Notes: generated by a model from the sequence alone, not told the origin. A stretch of DNA of 64,000 nt from a bacterium (GCA_046757025.1 JBHHXN010000007.1:1-64000), one strand, 5' to 3'. Counted from the first letter of the stretch, positions 18,745 to 30,296 are shown. Made by a program: numbers and translations.

Positions 18745-19239
18745 TCAAGTGCCCTTGTTGTAAACCACCAGACGCATATTGGGATATTCAGCCGAACCGC
18801 AAGTAGCCATGACTTTTACCAAATTTTTATATTCGATACTTTGATCGCCCTGAATGGTCACCTTACCCGAAAAGGGAATGCCGAATTGAGCCTCCATTTT
18901 TTTTGCCCGTTGAGCATGGTGCAACAAAGCCTGTTGCAGCGGTTCAATAATAAATCCCTTTTGATTGGTAACTTGTTCGTATTTGAGCACGACTTTGCTG
19001 TTCAGCAATATGACGTCCTTGGAAACCACTAAATCCAGCGCAGTTTCCGGCGGATTCTGAATTGTGCTCTTGGGAAGGGTCAAAGACTCGGACGGCTGAA
19101 TTAGTTGACCTTCGGTTGCGTAGGTCTTCAGCAGAAAAACTAAAATAATCGTGAACATATCCATCATGGAAGTGAGGTTCAACTTCGCCACATTTTGTGG
19201 ACTATAATGCTTTTTAATACGCGACGGAATATAAGCCAT
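18745..19239 (-). CDS. ExbD/TolR-family protein (AglS-like)
   Basis: LNLTSMMDMFTIILVFLLK with conserved TM Asp; IQGDQSIEY. Confidence 0.9.
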   Translation of the reverse strand: MAYIPSRIKKHYSPQNVAKLNLTSMMDMFTIILVFLLKTYATEGQLIQPSESLTLPKSTIQNPPETALDLVVSKDVILLNSKVVLKYEQVTNQKGFIIEPLQQALLHHAQRAKKMEAQFGIPFSGKVTIQGDQSIEYKNLVKVMATCGSAEYPNMRLVVYNKGT

Positions 19240-19295
19240 GAATTCTCCAAAATTGATTAATTAACCTTCCGAAATGCCACTCATACTTTTCACCG

Positions 19296-19829
19296 TCACA
19301 ATGTGACGGCGCTAAGAGAAACATTGGGGAACAAACCAATGATTTCACCATCCAATTTGATCATCCGAGTTGCGTCCATAGTGCTAACCAACGTCTGGTA
19401 ATCGATGGATGCTTCCGCCTGAATAATCACCGAATCGGTATCTTTGAAGCGTCCTTTGGCCTTTTTCTTGATTTCATAGAGCTGCTTCGTCAGCAGCGCG
19501 TAATCGAATTGACCATTTTTAAGCGGAATGGAAGGACCGTGATCTCTATTTTTTAGAATGGCTTGTGAACTGGACACATAAAATCCCTGATCGGTGATGG
19601 TCACAGCCAGATCTAATTTGAGTTCCTTCTCCTTGTTTTGCGTGGTTTCCAAGGACTTGGCGCCTTTCGCTGGAGGCAGATTGAGCTCAATGACACTGAG
19701 CCGAATTAACTGTGCAGAAGAAAGAAGCAGCGGGATGAGCACGACCATCAAATTCATGATCGGCGTCATATTGGGTTCCGCCTCTTCCACTATTACACGG
19801 GTTCGACGAAGTGAAGGTCGGTATGCCAC
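19296..19829 (-). CDS. ExbD/TolR-family protein (AglQ-like)
   Basis: PNMTPIMNLMVVLIPLLL (Asn at the TM Asp position); YQTLVSTMDATR..LFP.V. Confidence 0.88.
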   Translation of the reverse strand: MAYRPSLRRTRVIVEEAEPNMTPIMNLMVVLIPLLLSSAQLIRLSVIELNLPPAKGAKSLETTQNKEKELKLDLAVTITDQGFYVSSSQAILKNRDHGPSIPLKNGQFDYALLTKQLYEIKKKAKGRFKDTDSVIIQAEASIDYQTLVSTMDATRMIKLDGEIIGLFPNVSLSAVTL

Positions 19830-19832
19830 GGT

Positions 19833-20483
19833 TTATTTATCTCCTGTCAGTAAATTAATTAATTTCACCGTGTGTTCATCGATTTCATCAATGATACGCA
19901 CGGTTTTGTTGTGAATAAAGGTATAGAACAAAATGGCCGGCACCGCAATCGACAGCCCCAGAAGGGTGGTGTTCATGGCGGTAGAAATGCCCGCAGCTAA
20001 AAACGCCGATTTCTGCGCGGCATCAAAGCCGGCTTCTGAGACAGCGCTGAAAGCCAAAATCAGGCCGTAAATCGTACCCATCAATCCGATCAAAGTCGCC
20101 ACGTTGCCGATCATCGCTAAAAAACCCGTACGCTCTTGCAGCTTGGGAATCACTTCCAGCGTGCCCTCGTCCACCGAGTTTTGGATGGCACGAAAATCCA
20201 CTTTTTCTGTGCTTGCCACCTTGCGCAAACCCGCGCTAACCACTTTAGGCAAAGCTTTGTCGTGCACGGCATCGCACAGCTCGATGGCCTTTTTAAATTC
20301 ACCGGCTTTCACGTATTTTCTGATTTCCGCCATGAAAGCATTTGAATTGATATTCGACTTGATTAAAACATAATAGGCTCTTTCCAGAGCGATGGCAATC
20401 ATAAAAGCCGCAGTAAACAACAAGGCCCACATAAATAACCAGCCAGAAGCACCAGGACGAAAATGTTCAAATAAATCAGCCAT
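19833..20483 (-). CDS. MotA/TolQ/ExbB proton-channel protein (AglR-like)
   Basis: ALER, RTGFLAMIGNVATLIGLMGTIYGLI, GISTAMNTTLLGL. Confidence 0.92.
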   Translation of the reverse strand: MADLFEHFRPGASGWLFMWALLFTAAFMIAIALERAYYVLIKSNINSNAFMAEIRKYVKAGEFKKAIELCDAVHDKALPKVVSAGLRKVASTEKVDFRAIQNSVDEGTLEVIPKLQERTGFLAMIGNVATLIGLMGTIYGLILAFSAVSEAGFDAAQKSAFLAAGISTAMNTTLLGLSIAVPAILFYTFIHNKTVRIIDEIDEHTVKLINLLTGDK

Positions 20484-20514
20484 AATTTTTATCTCCTACG
20501 ATTAATTCATTTTT

Positions 20515-20865
20515 TTATGGAATTTCTTTCTCAAGAAGTTTTTTCAAATCACTTATCGTTTTGATTTTCGCGTAATCCACTTCGATTGCTTTAAGTGCTT
20601 CCGGAGCGGATTTCAGCTCATTTAAGAAAGAACGGTCGATGAATTCAATCTCCTCGAATTTAGATTCCATCCGTTTTGGCAGCACATAAACATTGGGTTT
20701 TTCAATGATGGCTTCAATGACGATTTCTTCCAGAATGATTTCATTTTTTAATTTTTTGATATCTTTTATGTCTGCCACATTCGAAGAATCCGCCTGCGCG
20801 AAGGCATTTGCCGCACTCACTCCGAATATTATAATCAAAAACAAAATGGCACATCTTCCTATCAT
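20515..20865 (-). CDS. Small secreted protein, GltF/CglF-like
   Basis: Signal peptide then IE..IEKP....L.KR....F......F..EL pattern resembling myxobacterial CglF as recalled. Confidence 0.6.
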   Translation of the reverse strand: MIGRCAILFLIIIFGVSAANAFAQADSSNVADIKDIKKLKNEIILEEIVIEAIIEKPNVYVLPKRMESKFEEIEFIDRSFLNELKSAPEALKAIEVDYAKIKTISDLKKLLEKEIP

Positions 20866-20893
20866 TGCCGTCTCCTTGTCAATAGTTTCACGT

Positions 20894-23800
20894 TCAATTC
20901 ATATCCAGGTTTTGAGAGTTTCTTACATTTTCCTGCTCTAATTCATGGCGCAGTTTCGACCAATCCGGCATATTTTTAATCTCAAGCACTGCTTCGAAAT
21001 GGCCATGTGAGCTGTCGGAATCAAATGCCTCCACGGCCAATACGTTGCGACCACTTTTTACATATTCCAGAATATTGAAATGGTGGGTTTTTAAATTTTG
21101 TTCTTGTCCATGGCGATATTCAGCTATTTTTTGGCCGTTCAAGTAAAGAAAAAATGAATCATCCACAAAAAGCTGTAACATGCCCGACACCGGCAGGCCT
21201 GCTACGTCAAAGGATTTACGAAAATACACTTTTTCTGGTCGAATAAGGACTTTAGATAGCTTATCAATTGGTTGCGTGCTTTCGGTTGAAATTTGTCCTA
21301 ACAGATTGCTCGAATCCTGCTCAGTAAGTTGACTCTTATCGATATTTACAAACCAGATGGCGTTGGTGCCGTTGCCGGTCAGTCCCTTGGCGGGGCCCTC
21401 ATTGTAAGCATGATTCCAGAGCGTGTCCGGAAAATCTGGTTCGGTCCAGCCCGGAACAAATTCTGATGCCGCAAACCAGTTGGAGCCGGTATGAATCATT
21501 TCGGTTTCAATGTTTAATTTCAGTTTGTTAGCAAACTCTTCCGGTTTTTTCATTACCAGCGCTAAAATAATTTTTCGACTCCATTGATTATTTAATTTAA
21601 ATTCCTGACCGATGGTTAAGCCATTTTCCAGCACTTCCTGCGAACCGTCCACAAGCGCAAAATATTGTTCGTCGAAATTCAATGAAGCTTCATCGAAGTC
21701 CGTATTATCGGTGTTCTTGAAAAGCTCTTGAAAATACAAGCGCTGCGCATTTGCCATCAATGCCAGGGAATCCGCAATGGTGCTAAAATTAAAAACAGCT
21801 TTCATCACATTTTCTTCAGCCCTTTTGGCTTCGGGAGTCTGAATGTTTAACTTACGCACCTGCTGAATATTCTCGCGGTAACTCTGAATCATGGACGCTG
21901 CGGTTTTTCTGCTCAAGTCAAGGTAGTTCAACATTTGCTCGGCCACATCAAAAGCGGCCTCGTCGCCACTTTTGACCACACGTTTGTAAGATTCGATCAA
22001 ATCGCCATACGCGTTTAAAGCTCCAAAACTAATTTTTTGGAATTCCTGAGCGGATATTGTGCCGGCCGCCAGCAATTTTTTCTTGGACTTTTCAATCCAC
22101 GGATTGTCCAAATCCAGAGCTCGGCCTTCCTGGATGTTGCGAATGTGCGCATCCGTGATTTCACGGAGAACAGGGCTTATGACTTTCTCAATTAATTGAT
22201 TTCGATAGATTAACAACTCCAACTTGTCCAAACCTGGTGGGTTAATAGCGGTCAATAATTGACTGACTGTTTTGTCGTTTATCTCAGCTATGGCGTAGAG
22301 ATTTTCTGAAATTTTGTTTTGACATTTTTCGATCCACCCTTCGGCAACCGACAGCGTGGAATCATCGGAAATTTTTGTTCGAGAATAATCATCGTGGTTA
22401 TTAGCCGCTACGGACTTGCGGTAGGAGTCCGAAATTTTGGTCAGGGTTTTCACACCTTCTTTGTACGTTTTCACGGCTTTTTCAAAAAGTTCTGCCGATA
22501 CCTTGTTGACTTCTTTTTGCGCCAGGATACGTTGATTATCATTTGTAGTAAAAATTTCCTGCTCGGCCCAGGTTTTCGCAAACTCTTCATAAGCCAATCC
22601 CTGGCAATAGGTGGCCTCGTAAAGTCGGATGGTGCCTGCACTGATCACTTTGCCGTAGTTATCAAGCAAATCCAACAACATTGCCTTCTTTTTTGCTTTA
22701 TTTTGCACCACATATTGCGGGGAAATATTGAAGCGTATGCTCTGAAATTCCTTGAACTTAATTTTGGTAAGCTGATACAACGCTTCTACCGCAAAGAAGT
22801 CGTTTGTGGGTCTGTCCCGCTGTTTCAGATAATTGTTTTTGTTGATGGCTTTCTCAAATTCCGTTTTGGCTTCAACTGTGCGGTTGTTGTCCAGAAAATA
22901 CTTGCCGCGATGGAATAAGGCTTCTACGACGCCGGGTGAATCCGGATATTTCCGCGCAAACTCATCGTAAATTTTATTGGCCTGTTGAATGTCGTTCAAT
23001 TTTAAATAATAGCTGGCATTGTTGAACAACAGATTATCCGCATCCTCTGCTTTTGGAAATCGCTCAACAAATCGGGTGTTGATTCTTATCGCTTGCTGCC
23101 AATCTTCAGCCTCCACATAAGAAACGCTGGCATTGTACAAAGCAATCTCTGCCTGTTTTTCATCTGTTTGTAAATTGGCCAGCTTTTCGTAGGTCACCGC
23201 TGCCTTGTGGAAATCTTTCATTTCACGATAATCAAAAGCCAGATTGTTTAACGCATTGAGATAGTGTTTGGAATTTGGATAGTTTTGGATCAGCAGTTTG
23301 TAACTGGTGACCGCTTTTTCAAATTCACTGGCTTTTTTGTATTCTATGGCAGAATTGTATAAAGCCAAATCGGCAAATTCAGCCGTTGGAGCTTCCTGGA
23401 GCACGCGTAAATACTCTTCTGCAGCCATCACATGCTGAGAGGAGCCCGAGTACGCTTTCGCTTTCAGAAAGATGGATTCTGCCAATCGCGCCGTGGCTTT
23501 AGTGCGGTATTGCGGATCTTCATTCCGCAATCTTTTGGCAATGATTTCAGTGCTCTCAAAATCGCCCTTACCAAAATAACTTTCCATGATAACAAACTGC
23601 GCATCTCTGGCTTCCGGGCTATCCGGAAAATGCTTCAGCAAGGTTTTATTGTACATCAAAGACTCGGTGAACTGATGCTTTTCATAATACAAGGCGCCCG
23701 CTCGTGCTAATATTTTTGCTGTCCCTGGTTCATGCGGAAAAAGCCGGATGTAATTGTCCAGAGCAAAAGCTAATTTCTTTTCCTCTGCCGACAATTCCTG

Positions 23801-25399
23801 TCGCGAAATTTCTTTGCCCATTTGTAATTCCGGCCCGCTTTTTTCTGCCGATCTCGTTTGAATCGCTTCATCCCAAATGGCAATGGCGTTTTCAGCCGCT
23901 AGCTTTTGCAAATCAGTATTGAGGTACAAATTGCTTATTTTGATGTATTCCTCAAACGCCTCCTCCGTTTTACCCAGTTTGCTATCCAGTGTTAAGGCGA
24001 TATTCCAGTGTATCTGCACCGCATGACTGTCGGAGGGAAAAGTTTTTAAATAATCGCGACTGTCTTGAATCGCCTGCTGATAGAGAGCCGGGTCGTTGGA
24101 TTCTTCCGCTGTGCTGAGAATATAATTGATGTTTTCCCGCAGAGCTTTTTCCGCCAGAGAAATGGCTTCGGTCTTGGCAGTCAGGTCGCGAGTATTTTTC
24201 CACCAGTCTCCTTCAAAATTATATTTTTTGAACAGTTCAGACCGTCTTGCGTAAACCATCTGCTCGTCTTTCTTGCGACGATAAGCCTCGGTGATGTTGG
24301 CTTGAATCGTCGGCGCGTTAGGCGAGTTCGGGTACAAGCTCAACAGCAGTTGATACGACTCGATGGCTTTATCATATTCTTCTTTTTCATTTAAAAACAA
24401 ATCCCCGATCTTTTTTAAAACATCGAAGCTGTATTCCCGGCCGCCGATGATATCGAAATATTTTGCCGCCTGGCTGGGCCCACCAAAATCAAAAAAACTG
24501 ATACCAATGTACTCGATGGCCTCTTCCCGGACCTCGGGGAAATGATACTTTTTATCGGGGTCCATTTCCTGCACCAGGTCGATATCATCCGCCAGAGTTG
24601 TAAAGTAGGAAATGGCTGCCGGATAATCACTCAATCGGTAATAAGCCCAACCCAATCGATAAAGAGCCGCGTCGTATTTTGAGCTGGTCTTGTACTGCAA
24701 AACCTGGTTATAAATCTCGATTGATTTTTCAATATCGCTAACAGGGGGATTGAAATAGTATTCCGCCATGATCATCAAGGCATCGGGGATGTAGGGACTG
24801 TCGGGATATTTCTCCCTCAGCTCCTGAAAAATGTGAAACGCCTCCTCCGGTTCTCCCAGCTCCTGCAGTAAAAATCCTTTATTATAAATGGCGTCGTCTA
24901 AATACGGGCTGTCGGGAAAACGATCGATAATTTTTTGACACAAGGATAACGGTTTGCTGTAATCGAGTTTCGGTTCGATGGGAGGTTGCTTGATTTTTCC
25001 TCGTTCATAGAGATTAAGCTGTTGATTATATTTATCGTTGGCCGTGCCGTAATCCTGCACCGCCTTTTCATACTGTAGATTGGCCAGCCGAAAAATAACT
25101 TTATCGATTACAGGACTATCCGGATGCTTATTGACAAAAGCTTCCAGCTCCTGAATCGTTTCCAGACGCAATCGATCATTCTCATTTAATAATTTCTCTG
25201 TTTCCTGGTTGTATTCCTGTAAAAATTTTTCAAGCTCCTCGTCTGAGTATTTATTGAAAATTGAATCCGTGTCAGCCGTATGCGGTCGAGACTTGAGCAG
25301 ATTTTTAGAGGAAGAAAAGCTTTGACTAAAAGAATCCACCACCTGCAAATACGGCAGGAGCAGGACGGCACAAAGTATCGAAAAAGGTGTATTTCTCAT
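20894..25399 (-). CDS. Giant secreted TPR protein (GltD/AgmU-like) with C-terminal beta-sandwich domain
   Basis: Signal peptide, many TPR repeats with (Y/F)PDS turns; C-terminus W..PDF.D..W, YFRKSF, VDDSFFLYLNG, GRNVLAVE. Confidence 0.8.
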   Translation of the reverse strand: MRNTPFSILCAVLLLPYLQVVDSFSQSFSSSKNLLKSRPHTADTDSIFNKYSDEELEKFLQEYNQETEKLLNENDRLRLETIQELEAFVNKHPDSPVIDKVIFRLANLQYEKAVQDYGTANDKYNQQLNLYERGKIKQPPIEPKLDYSKPLSLCQKIIDRFPDSPYLDDAIYNKGFLLQELGEPEEAFHIFQELREKYPDSPYIPDALMIMAEYYFNPPVSDIEKSIEIYNQVLQYKTSSKYDAALYRLGWAYYRLSDYPAAISYFTTLADDIDLVQEMDPDKKYHFPEVREEAIEYIGISFFDFGGPSQAAKYFDIIGGREYSFDVLKKIGDLFLNEKEEYDKAIESYQLLLSLYPNSPNAPTIQANITEAYRRKKDEQMVYARRSELFKKYNFEGDWWKNTRDLTAKTEAISLAEKALRENINYILSTAEESNDPALYQQAIQDSRDYLKTFPSDSHAVQIHWNIALTLDSKLGKTEEAFEEYIKISNLYLNTDLQKLAAENAIAIWDEAIQTRSAEKSGPELQMGKEISRQELSAEEKKLAFALDNYIRLFPHEPGTAKILARAGALYYEKHQFTESLMYNKTLLKHFPDSPEARDAQFVIMESYFGKGDFESTEIIAKRLRNEDPQYRTKATARLAESIFLKAKAYSGSSQHVMAAEEYLRVLQEAPTAEFADLALYNSAIEYKKASEFEKAVTSYKLLIQNYPNSKHYLNALNNLAFDYREMKDFHKAAVTYEKLANLQTDEKQAEIALYNASVSYVEAEDWQQAIRINTRFVERFPKAEDADNLLFNNASYYLKLNDIQQANKIYDEFARKYPDSPGVVEALFHRGKYFLDNNRTVEAKTEFEKAINKNNYLKQRDRPTNDFFAVEALYQLTKIKFKEFQSIRFNISPQYVVQNKAKKKAMLLDLLDNYGKVISAGTIRLYEATYCQGLAYEEFAKTWAEQEIFTTNDNQRILAQKEVNKVSAELFEKAVKTYKEGVKTLTKISDSYRKSVAANNHDDYSRTKISDDSTLSVAEGWIEKCQNKISENLYAIAEINDKTVSQLLTAINPPGLDKLELLIYRNQLIEKVISPVLREITDAHIRNIQEGRALDLDNPWIEKSKKKLLAAGTISAQEFQKISFGALNAYGDLIESYKRVVKSGDEAAFDVAEQMLNYLDLSRKTAASMIQSYRENIQQVRKLNIQTPEAKRAEENVMKAVFNFSTIADSLALMANAQRLYFQELFKNTDNTDFDEASLNFDEQYFALVDGSQEVLENGLTIGQEFKLNNQWSRKIILALVMKKPEEFANKLKLNIETEMIHTGSNWFAASEFVPGWTEPDFPDTLWNHAYNEGPAKGLTGNGTNAIWFVNIDKSQLTEQDSSNLLGQISTESTQPIDKLSKVLIRPEKVYFRKSFDVAGLPVSGMLQLFVDDSFFLYLNGQKIAEYRHGQEQNLKTHHFNILEYVKSGRNVLAVEAFDSDSSHGHFEAVLEIKNMPDWSKLRHELEQENVRNSQNLDMN

Positions 25400-25458
25400 A
25401 TCATTACAGTTTTTATGAATAGCAGCAAAATACCTTCAAATTTTCTTCAGTTTGGTTT

Positions 25459-28230
25459 TTATTTCTCCTCGACTTCTCGCTGTCTTAAATCGAAATAGGA
25501 TTCTTTAAAAGACGGATCGGAAAGGGATTGCTCTATCAGGATTTTTTCTTGCTTCTGAACATTTTCAGCCATGCGTTTTTCCCAATCTTCTTCGAGCTGT
25601 TTTATTCGTTCGGCATTTTTTCGTTCTTGCAAAAGATTATGAATAAATTGACCATTTTGTGAAAGCTCCATGATCCTTTGCTTCTTTTCAGCAATGGCAG
25701 TTAATTTGACATTGCTCAATCCAAAACCGGAAAAATCCGCATAGTGATCAAATTGTGTGTTCATCTCTTGCTGGTGGTTTTCAACCAGCCAGGCGTTGAT
25801 TTTCGTGGAACGATCTTTGAGTCGATTTATATCGTTCTGCAATATTTCCAGCTCTATCTTTGTACTGACAGAAGTTTTCGCATAATCAATCCTGCGCTGT
25901 AAGTTTTGTAATTGAAAGAATATCTTTTCAATTTGCTCCAATTCAGACTGGATGTTTTTTTTGATATCGTCTAACATCTTTTTTCGGTAATTTACCATTC
26001 CTTCTTGAGATGCCAGCGGATATTCTGAATAATAATTTGAATTGAGGCCGTTATGTCTGCTGTTTATGGCTTGCATAGCCATGCTGAATCTATCTTTTCG
26101 ATTCTTTTCTAAATCAAATCCCGCAAAGCTGGTTTCTCCATATTTTTGTGTCACCAGGCTGGTAAATTCCTCCAATTGATTCAAAAGGTTCACGCCGTCC
26201 TGGTTTGCCAGGATGGCCTCGAATTTACCGCTTTTTTCAATTTTCTGATATTGTTCCAACATCTGCTGAAACTGTTCTCGTAACTGCACCAAGGTTTCGT
26301 ACAGTGGCTTGTCCCTATGTTCAAGAATCAATTTCTCCACTTCTTCCAGTGCCATGAGTTGATTTAAGATAAATCTTCTTTCTGAATTATAGAGCTCGAC
26401 TATCTCCAGCGCTTCTCGAGCCTCGGAAATATAATTCAAATCTCTCAATGCTGAATCGTGTTGATTGAGGATTTTTTTGCAATGCGCAGACAAGGTGAGT
26501 GCCTCGTAGGTATGCAGGGAAGCCAAATCGTAAGTCACCAGCAGTTTCACGTTGGCAATGGCGTGCTCATAATTTTTCAATTTTAAATTGGCCCAGGCAG
26601 CCCCCAACAATGCCTTATCAAAGTAAGTCGATTTCTTATTCAAACTGTTAAAATAAAATAATGCATCCTGAAAATTGCCGGATTCATAATTCAAATAACC
26701 CAATTTTAACAGCGCTTTATCCTGGAATTGGGCGATTTCTCGATCAGATGAGGGATAATCATCGATCTGCAGGATTTGATTAAAAATCGCCTCAGCAGAT
26801 GCGTAATTCCGAAGATTCACTTCCACCACGCCGGCGAGATACCTGGCAGACAAATAATACGCTGATTCTTTCGGAATTTGTGCAAGCCGTTTTCTGGCGC
26901 CTTCAAAATCGCCATATTTGAAATGCAAATAGCCGGCTAAATAAAAAGTCTTATCTCGCAATATTCCGGACAGTTGCTGAGCATGGGTTTGGAGCAGCCG
27001 GGCATATTTTGAACACGCCTCTCGGTCTTTGAGGCGATTGTTGACCATCAGCAACCGATAAACACTTTCCGTGAAATATTGAGACCCGGCCATTTGAAAC
27101 GCGAGTCGCTCATAATCCGCACGCGCCTGTTGGTACAATCGTTGAATAAAATAACTTTCTGCCCGATAAAAAAGAACGGTCGCAAGGAAGGGGTTTTGCT
27201 GGTTGTATTCGTCTAATATCGCATCGAACTGTTTAATGGCCAGCGGGAAATTTTCATCCCGATAATTGGTCAAGGCATCTCGCAAATCCGACTTCAGCAT
27301 GCGGGTTTTTTCTGCCGAAGTTGCCTGTTGCAACAGCAGTTTTTTGATGATCAAATAGCGCGTTAACACCACTTGATATTGAATATATTCTCGCGCTTTC
27401 CATTCATTAAATGCTTCGGTGATGTTGATTGCATTGTTTGAATCGATTTTTTCGTAACCCATCAAGGATAGAACTTTGGCATCTAAATTATTTAAAATAA
27501 CCCTCTTGGTGTCTTCAATTTCATAGCTCAGACTGGAATTTAGCTGCCTGGTTTTTTCCAGGAGCCGATCCAGCTCAACCAGCGCCTTTTTGAGTAATTG
27601 CACTTCGTTCAAATATTCTTCCGAGATCGCTTTGAAGCGGGCGCTGTCCGCAAGTACAGACTTTCTGGCCGGCTCAGAGTTGGACCGCACGTTTTCTGCA
27701 TAATATTGATGGCGGCTTTTATTCCGCAGATCATTATCTTCTATTAGTTTAGTGATTCTGCTACGGATATTCTCGAGCTGACTCCAGGATTCTCTGTCCA
27801 GTTCGGGATCGACCATTTGTTTAAGCAGATCGATTTCATCGATGATCTGAATCAGCAAATTCAGCTCATTGGAATAGGCTTCAACCAGTTGTTCAGAATT
27901 TCCATAAACCACGCGAACCTCATTCAATATTTGGCTGTTTGGAAATTGTCCCCTTTTTTTGATTTCCTGAATAATGTTTTCAATTAATTGTAAAAGAAAT
28001 TTCTCCCGCACCACCATATCATTTAGATGAGGTTTGCTAATTTGATTTAAATAAAAAGCCAGTCGATCTTCAAAACTGATTTCTTTGTATCTGCCTGAAC
28101 CGTAGAGGCCTTGTGAGTAAATGAGTAATGAAAAACAAAAACCCGCGAGCAGCAAAATGGTCAGAGAAACCCTTGTTTTATCGAATAATTTTTTAGGTAA
28201 AAAGCGATACCGCGTTTTCATGGCGTGCAC
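25459..28230 (-). CDS. Secreted/anchored TPR and coiled-coil protein (GltC-like)
   Basis: N-terminal hydrophobic segment, central TPRs (LFYRAESYF, ALLGAAWA), coiled-coil flanks; start could be the ATG at 28221. Confidence 0.75.
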   Translation of the reverse strand: MHAMKTRYRFLPKKLFDKTRVSLTILLLAGFCFSLLIYSQGLYGSGRYKEISFEDRLAFYLNQISKPHLNDMVVREKFLLQLIENIIQEIKKRGQFPNSQILNEVRVVYGNSEQLVEAYSNELNLLIQIIDEIDLLKQMVDPELDRESWSQLENIRSRITKLIEDNDLRNKSRHQYYAENVRSNSEPARKSVLADSARFKAISEEYLNEVQLLKKALVELDRLLEKTRQLNSSLSYEIEDTKRVILNNLDAKVLSLMGYEKIDSNNAINITEAFNEWKAREYIQYQVVLTRYLIIKKLLLQQATSAEKTRMLKSDLRDALTNYRDENFPLAIKQFDAILDEYNQQNPFLATVLFYRAESYFIQRLYQQARADYERLAFQMAGSQYFTESVYRLLMVNNRLKDREACSKYARLLQTHAQQLSGILRDKTFYLAGYLHFKYGDFEGARKRLAQIPKESAYYLSARYLAGVVEVNLRNYASAEAIFNQILQIDDYPSSDREIAQFQDKALLKLGYLNYESGNFQDALFYFNSLNKKSTYFDKALLGAAWANLKLKNYEHAIANVKLLVTYDLASLHTYEALTLSAHCKKILNQHDSALRDLNYISEAREALEIVELYNSERRFILNQLMALEEVEKLILEHRDKPLYETLVQLREQFQQMLEQYQKIEKSGKFEAILANQDGVNLLNQLEEFTSLVTQKYGETSFAGFDLEKNRKDRFSMAMQAINSRHNGLNSNYYSEYPLASQEGMVNYRKKMLDDIKKNIQSELEQIEKIFFQLQNLQRRIDYAKTSVSTKIELEILQNDINRLKDRSTKINAWLVENHQQEMNTQFDHYADFSGFGLSNVKLTAIAEKKQRIMELSQNGQFIHNLLQERKNAERIKQLEEDWEKRMAENVQKQEKILIEQSLSDPSFKESYFDLRQREVEEK

Positions 28231-28284
28231 CTACAGTTGAATTTTCCGTGTGAGAAGATGCAAAAATAACTATTCCAAATGGAA

Positions 28285-28342
28285 TAAAAAAAGTGAATGA
28301 CCATAGAATCATTATTATTTATTCTATTTCGTCATTCACTTT
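28285..28342 (-). terminator. Putative intrinsic terminator of the atp operon
   Basis: AAAGTGAATGAC/GTCATTCACTTT stem with inner ATAGAAT/ATTCTAT, T-tract on the minus strand. Confidence 0.6.
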
Positions 28343-28437
28343 AAATTCTTGAGCAATTGGCCCAACAATAATCATCTGCAAAAATTCGTTTGCAGACAAT
28401 TTTTTTAGAACGCCTGGAAGATTTTAACAGGGGAGAA

Positions 28438-28845
28438 TTATTGCTTGGAAGCGATTTGAATTCGATTGATGGCGCGATAAAGCGCGGCCCTGGCGCGAAC
28501 CAGGTCCCACGATTTGCGGCCTTCTTCCAATCTCTTCAGGGCACGCTGTTTGGCATTTTCAGCCCGTTCGAGATCGAGCGCATCCGCGGGTTCGGCGGTT
28601 TCAGCCAGCATAGCCACGCTATCGGAAAAAACTTCCACAAAGCCGCCGCTGGTGGCGAAGTAATTTTCCTCCTGGCCCTTCTGAATTTTCACTTCGCCAA
28701 TTTTCACCGCCGCTAAATAAGGTGTGTGCCCGGGCAAAACACCAAAATAACCTTTCAAGCCGGGCAATCGAATGGCATCCACTTCTTCGGAATATACTTT
28801 TTTATCGGGAGTAATAATCTCAAATTGAATTTTTTCGTGACTCAT
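28438..28845 (-). CDS. atpC: ATP synthase F1 epsilon subunit
   Basis: EIITPD, G.FGVLPGHTP, SGGFVEV, C-terminal helical hairpin. Confidence 0.96.
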   Translation of the reverse strand: MSHEKIQFEIITPDKKVYSEEVDAIRLPGLKGYFGVLPGHTPYLAAVKIGEVKIQKGQEENYFATSGGFVEVFSDSVAMLAETAEPADALDLERAENAKQRALKRLEEGRKSWDLVRARAALYRAINRIQIASKQ

Positions 28846-28892
28846 AAATCAAATCGATATTCTGGTTCAATCCATAATTGATAATTTTTAAT

Positions 28893-30296
<1,404 letters not shown>

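Noticed and set aside
17593..20483. Reading the motor genes as an ordinary TonB-ExbBD uptake or Tol-Pal system
   Set aside because: No TonB-dependent receptor, tolB or pal; two ExbD paralogs, a GltF-like gene and giant TPR genes fit Agl-Glt better
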